From a virus, in IMG/VR virus record IMGVR_UViG_3300027708_000063, positions 7,222-71,221 of that record: a DNA stretch of 64,000 nt, one strand, 5' to 3'. Positions 57,605 through 64,000 of this stretch are shown here, piece after piece. How positions within the stretch are numbered: the first letter of the stretch is position 1; each line of letters opens with the position of its first letter. A program made the position numbers and the translations under genes. The notes under the pieces were generated by a model. That model was not told the DNA's origin. It saw only the letters and a program-made list of their open reading frames with translations, and made no database searches.

Positions 57605-58276
57605 ATGAAAGTTTCTAAACTTATTTCTGCAATTATGATTGCAGGAGTTATGCTCACCGGTGACACCGATGCTAAACCCGGCGGAGGTGGAGGTGGCCGC
57701 TCCAGCGGCAGTTTTAGCAGTGGCTCAAGCATGAGCAAAGGCAGCTTCAGTGCTCCTGCTCCAGCAGCACCATCCGTCCAAAAAGGCAGCTTCAGTGCTC
57801 CTCCAGCACCCGCACCCAGGCAAACAACTACCACTACATCAACTACTACAATGACACGCAGGACTGCTGGTGGCGGATATGCTGGTTCTCCCATGATGTA
57901 CGGTGGTATGGGCATGGGCTTTGGTTATAGCAACGGACTGTTGACTGGTTTGATTATCGGCAATATGCTTCACCCACATAATACTGTGGTATATTCAGGT
58001 GGTGGCTATAACGGTAATGCCCTGCTTTATCCAGATGGTCGAGTTGTTAATCAACAAGGTTACCAAGTTGGTGTTTACCAAAACGGACAGTTTACTCCGG
58101 TTAACGGTGGAATGGTTGCACAACCTGCTCCTGCAGATGCTGTTCAATATCAGAATTCGCCAATGCAACCTGTAGTGCTTGAAAAAGCAGGACCGAGCAA
58201 TTGGGAAATTGCAGGTATGATTGTACTTGGTATTGCATGTGTTTTGTTGTTCTTGTTTATTATTGGAGTTCTTTAA
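57605..58276 (+). CDS. Gly/Ser-rich secreted or membrane-anchored protein
   Basis: Signal peptide, GGGGGGRSSG, duplicated KGSFSAP and a C-terminal TM helix. Confidence 0.65.
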   Translation: MKVSKLISAIMIAGVMLTGDTDAKPGGGGGGRSSGSFSSGSSMSKGSFSAPAPAAPSVQKGSFSAPPAPAPRQTTTTTSTTTMTRRTAGGGYAGSPMMYGGMGMGFGYSNGLLTGLIIGNMLHPHNTVVYSGGGYNGNALLYPDGRVVNQQGYQVGVYQNGQFTPVNGGMVAQPAPADAVQYQNSPMQPVVLEKAGPSNWEIAGMIVLGIACVLLFLFIIGVL

Positions 58277-58591
58277 ATGACTTTTCTTATTGTAACATTT
58301 TTTATTTTGCTAATCGTAGCTCTTGTAGTAGCCGCTAACCGTAGGAGTGGACCTGTGATTTATGATGATTATAACGACGAAGAAGTAACACACACAACTG
58401 TTACTACAACTACAACTACTACCGACCCATCACCTGCGGCAATTGCCACAGTTGGGACTATCTACGCTTTCCAGGAAGCGGGCAGTACACAATGGTATGT
58501 AAATGATCCAGTGGATAAGGAAAAGACTGCTGTAAATGCCAACGACGACTACTACCGCGATGCTGGTGGTAGCGTTTGGAATCTTCAATAA
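58277..58591 (+). CDS. Small membrane-anchored protein
   Basis: N-terminal TM helix and a Thr-rich linker. Confidence 0.6.
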   Translation: MTFLIVTFFILLIVALVVAANRRSGPVIYDDYNDEEVTHTTVTTTTTTTDPSPAAIATVGTIYAFQEAGSTQWYVNDPVDKEKTAVNANDDYYRDAGGSVWNLQ

Positions 58592-58604
58592 TTGAAAGCA
58601 TTTA

Positions 58605-58901
58605 ATGTTTAATTGGTTCCGTAAATATAACACACCAGAGATTACCCCTGTGCCCGAAGTAAAACCCATCCCCCCAATCTCTTTGCCCACTCCGCAATTA
58701 AAAGATCACTACAGAGTGGGTTATGATCCAGAGTCCGAATCAACTACACTAACCTTGCATAGTGATTACACCAGCATGACTTTAACACTTGCTCCTGAAG
58801 AAGTGTTGCGACTTATTCGTTTGTTAGGTGCATCGTTGGATGATGAGTTTTTAAGTGGTGATCAAGATGATCGTCATGACGATCATGACGACGAGGACTA
58901 A
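58605..58901 (+). CDS. Hypothetical protein
   Basis: 'YRVG......TLTL.......LTL....V.RLIRLL'. Confidence 0.55.
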   Translation: MFNWFRKYNTPEITPVPEVKPIPPISLPTPQLKDHYRVGYDPESESTTLTLHSDYTSMTLTLAPEEVLRLIRLLGASLDDEFLSGDQDDRHDDHDDED

Positions 58902-58902
58902 C

Positions 58903-59190
58903 GTGATCTATCTTAATCTCAATATTCGCAATCCTCGTTGGTGGGATCGATTTGAAAGCATTTGGTGTAAATCTGGTAAGACCGTTTGGAAGAATAAGTT
59001 CTGGGAAGTTCAGTTTATGAAAACCCCAGAACTGTTTCGAATTGAGTTTAATTGGACTGTACAGCAGGATCATGCAGGTGTTCGTCTTGAGCTAGGACTA
59101 GTTGGTTATCAATTGGATATAAGTTTTTCTGACAACCGTCATTGGGATTACAAAAACAACCGTTGGGTAATTTATGGGCAATCAGACTGA
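58903..59190 (+). CDS. Hypothetical Trp-rich protein
   Basis: GTG start after RBS gagga. Contains 'DHAG...ELGL...D.RHWD'. Confidence 0.6.
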   Translation: MIYLNLNIRNPRWWDRFESIWCKSGKTVWKNKFWEVQFMKTPELFRIEFNWTVQQDHAGVRLELGLVGYQLDISFSDNRHWDYKNNRWVIYGQSD

Positions 59191-59419
59191 TTACTTCAAC
59201 AAGACCAAATACTGGCCATCTTATTTCTTAGGTGACCGAGTATTTGGCAAATGGAATAAAATCCCATTCATTGGTACAGTGGGCAATGATACTGTAATCA
59301 ATGAGATCGAAGGACCTCGTATTACTATACATTTAGATTTGCCAATCAAATTTAAAGATGTTATAAACAATATCATTATAGTCAAACATAAAGATATAAA
59401 GAAATTAAAGGAAATGTAA
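59174..59419 (+). CDS. Hypothetical protein (SH3-like beta barrel)
   Basis: 'GDRVFGKWNKIPF.GTV..D...I.LDLP'. Confidence 0.6.
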   Translation: MGNQTDYFNKTKYWPSYFLGDRVFGKWNKIPFIGTVGNDTVINEIEGPRITIHLDLPIKFKDVINNIIIVKHKDIKKLKEM

Positions 59420-59823
59420 TGTCGGAATGCCTAATTATCGGAGATAGTATTGCTGTTGGTACTAAAATGTTCCGTCCAGAGTGTGCAGCTTATGCACAGG
59501 GCGGTATTACATCACACGGGTGGAACATGAAGTTTGGCAACAAAGATTTGACTGCTAAAACTGTTATCATTAGTTTAGGTACTAACGATTGGGAAAAGGC
59601 CGACACCTATGGTATGCTAATGAACATTCGAACAAAAATTAAGGGCGATACTAAAGTGTTTTGGATTGAGCCAAATCGTGAAAGCAAGTTTGAGGCAGTA
59701 CAGCATGTCCGCAATGTTGCACAACAATTTGGAGATACAGTTATTGTAACAACACGCTGGCAAGCAGATAAAATTCATCCAAGTTGGGCAGGATATAAAA
59801 GTATCGCTGAAGCAAGCAAATAA
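59419..59823 (+). CDS. SGNH/GDSL hydrolase
   Basis: GDSIA (block I), SLGTND (block III) and D.IHP...GY (block V). Confidence 0.85.
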   Translation: MSECLIIGDSIAVGTKMFRPECAAYAQGGITSHGWNMKFGNKDLTAKTVIISLGTNDWEKADTYGMLMNIRTKIKGDTKVFWIEPNRESKFEAVQHVRNVAQQFGDTVIVTTRWQADKIHPSWAGYKSIAEASK

Positions 59824-59830
59824 ATAAGGT

Positions 59831-59986
59831 ATGGATGATAAAAAAGTAAAAGATTTGGAAATGAAAGTTCAACGACTGATCGAGCAGGTGTCTGCACTCA
59901 ATCAGCAGGTTGCACTACTAAAGCGTGAGAACAACCGTTCTAAGTCCAACATTACCCAAATTGCCAATCATATCAATCGCAAGTAA
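59831..59986 (+). CDS. Small coiled-coil protein (51 aa), not in the ORF track
   Basis: MDDKKVKDLEMKVQRLIEQVSALNQQVALLKRENNRSKSNITQIANHINRK*, directly after TAAATA. Confidence 0.6.
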   Translation: MDDKKVKDLEMKVQRLIEQVSALNQQVALLKRENNRSKSNITQIANHINRK

Positions 59987-60023
59987 TTTGGCTAAAAAAG
60001 CCTGTTTTAACACCAAAAAAGTG

Positions 60024-60052
60024 TTGACAAGATAATTAAATTACTATATAAT
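60024..60052 (+). promoter_or_regulatory. Sigma70-type promoter for the ncRNA/Ro60-like operon
   Basis: TTGACA (60024) -17 bp- TATAAT (60047). Confidence 0.88.
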
Positions 60053-60075
60053 AATAACATAGACAGTAAGTTATA

Positions 60076-60232
60076 AGGTTAGGTTCAGCAATTCATAATA
60101 CTATGAATTTCCTATATCTATGTCAATAGCTGGAGCCTGTATGGGCTTTGAAGGTTACGGACATATATGGATATAAGATAGAGGCTTTTCGATATTTGCC
60201 TCGATAAAAAACAAAAGTAGACAACTAACCTG
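60076..60232 (+). ncRNA. Structured RNA unit 1 (AGGTTAG-gtt-CAGCA ... CTAACCT-G closing stem)
   Basis: 7-bp terminal stem. Internal hairpins AATTCATA/TATGAATT, ATGTC/GACAT, AGCC/GGCT and GAGGC/GCCTC. Confidence 0.65.
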
Positions 60233-60241
60233 TTAAATCCT

Positions 60242-60488
60242 AGGATGGATTCAGCAACTTAAAACTAAACTACAGCTAATGCAGTAGACGGCGGCCCGTA
60301 AGGCAAGTGGCAACACTTTCTAGCAATAGACTCTAACGGAACTGATGACACAAGGGAAAGACTTTGTATGATGTTTGTACAGAAAAATACAAACTAGGCG
60401 ACATGAATTGTATGCTAGGCTTGCGGAACTGAACCGATATACTGGGGAATAGGCAAGCAGAAAATAAAATACGGTTCCGACCATCCTG
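60242..60488 (+). ncRNA. Structured RNA unit 2 (AGGATGG-att-CAGCA ... CCATCCT-G closing stem)
   Basis: 7-bp terminal stem. Multiple GNRA-capped hairpins and a long-range CGGAACTG/CGGTTCCG helix. Confidence 0.7.
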
Positions 60489-60495
60489 CTTGTAT

Positions 60496-60536
60496 AGGTT
60501 ATATACAGCATTTTAATAATTTTAAAACGTAACCTG
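60496..60536 (+). ncRNA. Minimal unit 3 (AGGTTAT-ata-CAGCA ... GTAACCT-G) abutting the RBS
   Basis: Same stem and CAGCA motif with only a short AT-rich loop, immediately 5' of aagga-ATG. Confidence 0.6.
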
Positions 60537-60548
60537 AAGGAAAATAAA

Positions 60549-61946
60549 ATGAACGCATTTGTAGAAGCGGTTAAGTCCGTTCCAGTAGTAGCTCGTACCG
60601 CTAACGGTATGAAGACTTTTGAATCTAGCAAGAGTGATCTTGTAGATTTGTTCTTTGCTATCGGTGCAAGCCGTGGTAAGGATTTGAGCACTCAGTTTGC
60701 TCGCGCACTAGCACAAGACGAAACTCTTGCTCTACGTCTTTTGATGTGGGCTCGTGACGTCCGTGGTGGTGCAGGCGAACGTGATGTTGTTCGCCTGATT
60801 CTTTTGAATCTTGAAAAGACCAACCCTAAGGCGTTGGCTCGTATTTTGCCACACCTGGCAGAATTCGGACGTTGGGATGACCTGTTGATCTTTACTTCTA
60901 AGGAAGTCAAGGCACAAGCATTCACTATGATTGGCGATGCTCTGCGTGAACGTAATGGTTTGGCTGCAAAGTGGATGCCACGTCAAGGTCCAATTGCCGT
61001 TGAAATCCGTAACTTCTTCGGAATGAGCCCAAAGTTCTACCGTAAGAGTTTGGTAACATTGAGCAAGACAGTTGAACAAAACATGTGTGCAAACACATGG
61101 GATGGAATCAACTACAGCCACGTACCATCGTTGGCTGCGGCTCGTTACCAAAAGGCTTTCAAGAAGCACGATCCAGTTGGATACGATGCCTACAAGGCAA
61201 AGCTAACAACTGGTGAAGCTAAGGTAAATGCCGCGGCAGTTTACCCATACGATGTCATTAAGGCTCACAAGTTTGGCGGTGACGCTACTGTTGTACAAGC
61301 ACAATGGGATGCATTGCCAAACTACATCGGTGATGAATTGGTGTTGCCAATGTGTGACGTGTCGGGCTCTATGAGCACTACAGTTGGTGGTAACGCTAAC
61401 TTGACATGTATGGACGTTTGCATCAGCTTGGGCCTGTACCTAGCTGACAAGAACACAGGTCCATTCAAGGACATGTTTTTGACTTTCTCTACCAAGAGCA
61501 AGATAGAAATCTTGAAGGGTGACCTGTTGAGCAAGTTGGCTCAACTACAACGTGCAGATTGGGACATGAGTACCAACCTACACGCGGCTTTTGACACTGT
61601 TCTTAACTTCGCGGTTAAGGGCAAGGTTGATGCAAAGGACATGCCAAAGTATGTTCTAATTATGAGTGACATGGAATTCAATCACTGTGCCGAGCACGAT
61701 GATTCTGCAATGGAAATGATCGCTCGTAAGTATGAAGCCGCAGGATACACTGTTCCAAACATTGTATTCTGGAACTTGAATGCTCGTTCTGGCAACGTAC
61801 CAGTCAAGCATGACAAGAAGGGTGTTGCATTGGTTTCTGGATTCAGTCCAGCTATCATGAAGAGCATCCTAGGTGCTGAATCATTAGATCCTGTATCAGT
61901 AATGATGCAGACTCTAAACAGCCCACGTTACGCTGTAATAGCGTAA
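60549..61946 (+). CDS. Ro60/TROVE-like helical domain plus vWA (MIDAS) protein (DUF2828-like)
   Basis: 'RDVRGGAGER', 'GRWDDL', 'AAKWMPR', 'INYSHVPS.A', MIDAS DVSGSM, 'IMSDMEF', 'FWNL' and 'VSGFS'. Strongly biased codons. Confidence 0.8.
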   Translation: MNAFVEAVKSVPVVARTANGMKTFESSKSDLVDLFFAIGASRGKDLSTQFARALAQDETLALRLLMWARDVRGGAGERDVVRLILLNLEKTNPKALARILPHLAEFGRWDDLLIFTSKEVKAQAFTMIGDALRERNGLAAKWMPRQGPIAVEIRNFFGMSPKFYRKSLVTLSKTVEQNMCANTWDGINYSHVPSLAAARYQKAFKKHDPVGYDAYKAKLTTGEAKVNAAAVYPYDVIKAHKFGGDATVVQAQWDALPNYIGDELVLPMCDVSGSMSTTVGGNANLTCMDVCISLGLYLADKNTGPFKDMFLTFSTKSKIEILKGDLLSKLAQLQRADWDMSTNLHAAFDTVLNFAVKGKVDAKDMPKYVLIMSDMEFNHCAEHDDSAMEMIARKYEAAGYTVPNIVFWNLNARSGNVPVKHDKKGVALVSGFSPAIMKSILGAESLDPVSVMMQTLNSPRYAVIA

Positions 61947-61955
61947 GGTGCTTTA

Positions 61956-61982
61956 AAAGGACTCTTAGGGGTCCTTTTTTTT
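61956..61982 (+). terminator. Rho-independent terminator
   Basis: aaaggactc-ttag-gggtccttt followed by a T-run. Confidence 0.85.
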
Positions 61983-62002
61983 GACTCAAAACGGATAAAC
62001 GG

Positions 62003-62010
62003 TATAAATA
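62003..62010 (+). promoter_or_regulatory. T4-type late promoter motif TATAAATA (representative; shorter TAAATA copies precede many genes, e.g. 5198, 12688, 34025, 34547, 36408, 39529, 41721, 47620, 51286, 59821)
   Basis: Exact match to the T4 late consensus, and recurrent intergenic placement just upstream of starts. Confidence 0.65.
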
Positions 62011-62031
62011 GTTTTCAAGGAGGATCTAGCC

Positions 62032-62190
62032 ATGAAACAAAAGAAATTAGTTTCCAAATTGTACAAGGCTTGTTTCCGACACGATGAAGATGCAATTATG
62101 AAACTTCGCTTAGAAGAATTTCGTAAGATACTAAAGCACCGAGCCGAAGGCAAGCCATTTAGTGCAAAATGGATGGTAGTGCAGATTTAA
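62032..62190 (+). CDS. Small basic protein (52 aa), not in the ORF track
   Basis: RBS aaggagg. MKQKKLVSKLYKACFRHDEDAIMKLRLEEFRKILKHRAEGKPFSAKWMVVQI*. Confidence 0.65.
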   Translation: MKQKKLVSKLYKACFRHDEDAIMKLRLEEFRKILKHRAEGKPFSAKWMVVQI

Positions 62191-62206
62191 CACACAGTCA
62201 GGTTAG

Positions 62207-62229
62207 GGGCTACTTCGGTAGCCTTTTTC
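62207..62229 (+). terminator. Rho-independent terminator
   Basis: ggctac-ttcg-gtagcc followed by ttttt. Confidence 0.8.
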
Positions 62230-62387
62230 TTGGCCAATGTTGCTAATCTTTTTTCAACCATAGCACGAGCTTTTTCTGGTCCATATATTTCTTCTGCTGA
62301 TTTACCTTTACGAGCGGCCCCAATCTTTAAGGCACCCTTCATACCGTTTAATTTAGATTTAGCGGCATGTTCTGGAGATTTCTTTTT

Positions 62388-62897
62388 TCACTTTAGAGAA
62401 TCGGATCTCTGTTTTCTTAGTTCAGTAGCCTTTTCTAATCCGTAGATTTCTTCGTAGGTTCTGCCTTTTGAGTTAGCAACACTAGCGGCACATGCCTTCG
62501 CCATTATTTCTGGACGCTTCTTTCCATACATCCCGTTGAGTTTTCCTGGACGAGATTTTTTACGACGAGTTTCCTCGGAGTCATTACTAGTGCCCTCACC
62601 GCCATCTGTTCTATTATGTAGTATGCCTGTTGCTAAATCTTTTCGTCCGTACCACCGGATATATCTGCGTTCTAACGCAACTGCTCCAACTTCGGATAAA
62701 CTTTGCTCCATAATGATTACACGGTCTAGATCCTTAGGAGTATGGACTCCTTTATTATTGACTCTGTGATTCATCCATGCTCTGTATTGTTGTCCCTTAC
62801 CTATATAGTAAGGTGTGCCGTCTTTTCTCAAATAGGCATATACATAAAATCCATTTACTGTAATATTATTGTAACGGACTGCCTTATAAATACTCAT
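62388..62897 (-). CDS. Free-standing GIY-YIG homing endonuclease with NUMOD3-type DNA-binding repeats; apparently cut short by an in-frame TGA
   Basis: '[18 protein letters not shown]...R', 'LE..YI..YGR......L.N.TDGGEG' and 'NGMYGKK'. The frame continues past the TGA with further repeats. Confidence 0.8.
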   Translation of the reverse strand: MSIYKAVRYNNITVNGFYVYAYLRKDGTPYYIGKGQQYRAWMNHRVNNKGVHTPKDLDRVIIMEQSLSEVGAVALERRYIRWYGRKDLATGILHNRTDGGEGTSNDSEETRRKKSRPGKLNGMYGKKRPEIMAKACAASVANSKGRTYEEIYGLEKATELRKQRSDSLK

Positions 62898-62964
62898 GCT
62901 GACTGCTCCTCTAAGCGTTTAGGGTAGTTGGATATTTCCAGTATCGCGAACTACAACTTTATTT

Positions 62965-63843
62965 ATGTCAAAATATCCAAAAAAATATAGAACAATAGCA
63001 ATCAGTGATGTACATTTAGGTACTAGAGATTGCCAAGCAGATAAGTTAAATAACTTTCTGAAACATAACTCGTGTGATACACTGTATCTAGTAGGGGATA
63101 TAATCGATGCTTGGCGAATACAACAAAACAAATGGCGTTGGAAACAGAGCCATACCAACGTGGTACGTAGGGTATTAGGTCATGCCAAGCGTGGAACTAG
63201 AGTTGTATATATAGCAGGTAATCATGATGAATTTTTAAGACCAATGATACCCTACGGGTTTAGTTTTGGTCTAGTGGAGATACACAATCAAATAGAACAT
63301 ATAGGTGCTGACGGCAAGCATTATCTAGTTACTCATGGCGATCTATTTGACGGAATTACAAGGCTAGCACCTTGGATAGCATTTTTAGGAGATCGAGCAT
63401 ATGACTTCATTCTTTCGCTCAATAGTAAATTCAATTGGGTACGTCATCGTTTTGGTTTTGGGTACTTTAGTCTTAGTCAATATCTTAAGCACAGAGTAAA
63501 GAAGGCCGTAGATTTTATGTTCAAGTTCGAACATAATCTTGCAGCTTACTGCAAGAAGCGTGGCTTTGATGGTGTCATTTGCGGACATATTCACAATCCG
63601 GAAATCAAGTTGATTGATAATATTTGGTATTTCAATGATGGAGATTTTGTAGAAAGCGTATCGGCCCTATGTGAAACACACGATGGTGATTGGATACTTA
63701 TTCATCTTGAAGAAAACGAGTGGCGTCCGTTTCAAGTATTAGATCGCCGGACTGATCAAATACTAACAGGAGAACTTTGTATCCCTTGGTTTGAGCAGAA
63801 AGGATTTTCTGTTTTACGATACCAAGATCGCGACTTAAAGTAA
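62965..63843 (+). CDS. Calcineurin-like metallophosphoesterase (LpxH/YbbF-like)
   Basis: SDVHLG, LVGDIID, GNHD, HGD and CGHIH motifs. Confidence 0.88.
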   Translation: MSKYPKKYRTIAISDVHLGTRDCQADKLNNFLKHNSCDTLYLVGDIIDAWRIQQNKWRWKQSHTNVVRRVLGHAKRGTRVVYIAGNHDEFLRPMIPYGFSFGLVEIHNQIEHIGADGKHYLVTHGDLFDGITRLAPWIAFLGDRAYDFILSLNSKFNWVRHRFGFGYFSLSQYLKHRVKKAVDFMFKFEHNLAAYCKKRGFDGVICGHIHNPEIKLIDNIWYFNDGDFVESVSALCETHDGDWILIHLEENEWRPFQVLDRRTDQILTGELCIPWFEQKGFSVLRYQDRDLK

Positions 63844-64000
63844 ATGGGCTTTTGATTTCTACTACTAAGTTGTCATCCGCCACGAAGAAATCACAATAGT
63901 ATCTACGAGTTTTTCCTTGCCAGTTATACCATAGTTCCGGCATATTTTTTTTACGATATTGTATTTGATTTTCTTTATATAGAGTTTTCAAGTGATCAAA
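63698..64000 (-). CDS. C-terminal PD-(D/E)xK endonuclease domain (homing-endonuclease-like); truncated at the window end
   Basis: 'RYYCDFF......VVEIKS..T.......K...A...GY' nuclease motif. Confidence 0.6.
   Translation of the reverse strand, partial: FDHLKTLYKENQIQYRKKNMPELWYNWQGKTRRYYCDFFVADDNLVVEIKSPFTLSRDLGIVKQKILSAQTKGYKVLLLVFDQSGDLILETDATRFLQDE

Noticed and set aside
60342-60367. CTGATGA...GAAA resembling a hammerhead ribozyme core
   Set aside because: The GAAA sits in the loop of the ACAAGG/CTTTGT hairpin rather than after stem II, and I could not build stems I and III with an NUH cleavage site.
60076-60536. Three repeated motifs with variable inserts read as a CRISPR array
   Set aside because: The repeats are short paired ends that covary, the insert lengths are very unequal and structured, and there is no cas operon in the window.
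60320-60691. 123-aa minus-strand ORF across the ncRNA region
   Set aside because: It is an antisense shadow of the Ro60-like gene and its structured leader, with no start signals.
1-64000. Alternative genetic code (stop-codon reassignment)
   Set aside because: Long conserved genes translate intact in code 11 and end at TAA, TGA or (rarely) TAG. Only one in-frame TGA was found.

Overview
This window looks like part of a large tailed-phage genome. It has consensus sigma70-type early promoters (TTGACA-17-TATAAT) and T4-like TAAATA late-promoter motifs, and the genes are almost all on the + strand. Positions 1-31.5 kb are mostly virion fibre/adhesin genes (LamG, beta-propeller, Mtd-N-type, Thr/Gly-rich repeats, one Hint domain) mixed with a papain-like peptidase, a methyltransferase, a CapK-like ligase, a multi-domain glycosyltransferase and a nonspecific nuclease. 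Positions 32-33.6 kb are a small minus-strand island with a GNAT. Positions 33.6-41.7 kb hold probable head/internal proteins and an exonuclease. Positions 41.7-48.5 kb carry nrdA-iscA-aldolase-nrdB-glutaredoxin-APS kinase-like and a CHAP/NlpC-type hydrolase. Positions 48.5-62 kb hold host-takeover genes: a cold-shock protein, a permuted two-piece tmRNA (tag ANDAYFGEDRLAA), an outer-membrane protein, clpX, bS21, a DEDDh exonuclease, a ParB-like gene with two GIY-YIG-like genes, and a Ro60/TROVE-like vWA protein. The best candidate for an undescribed system is at 60.0-62.0 kb. One promoter there drives three non-coding RNA units that share a covarying 7-bp closing stem plus a CAGCA motif but enclose completely different structured inserts. 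The last unit sits against the RBS of the Ro60-like gene. Several other unexplained structured RNAs are also present. All family calls come from motif recognition by eye, with no database searches.
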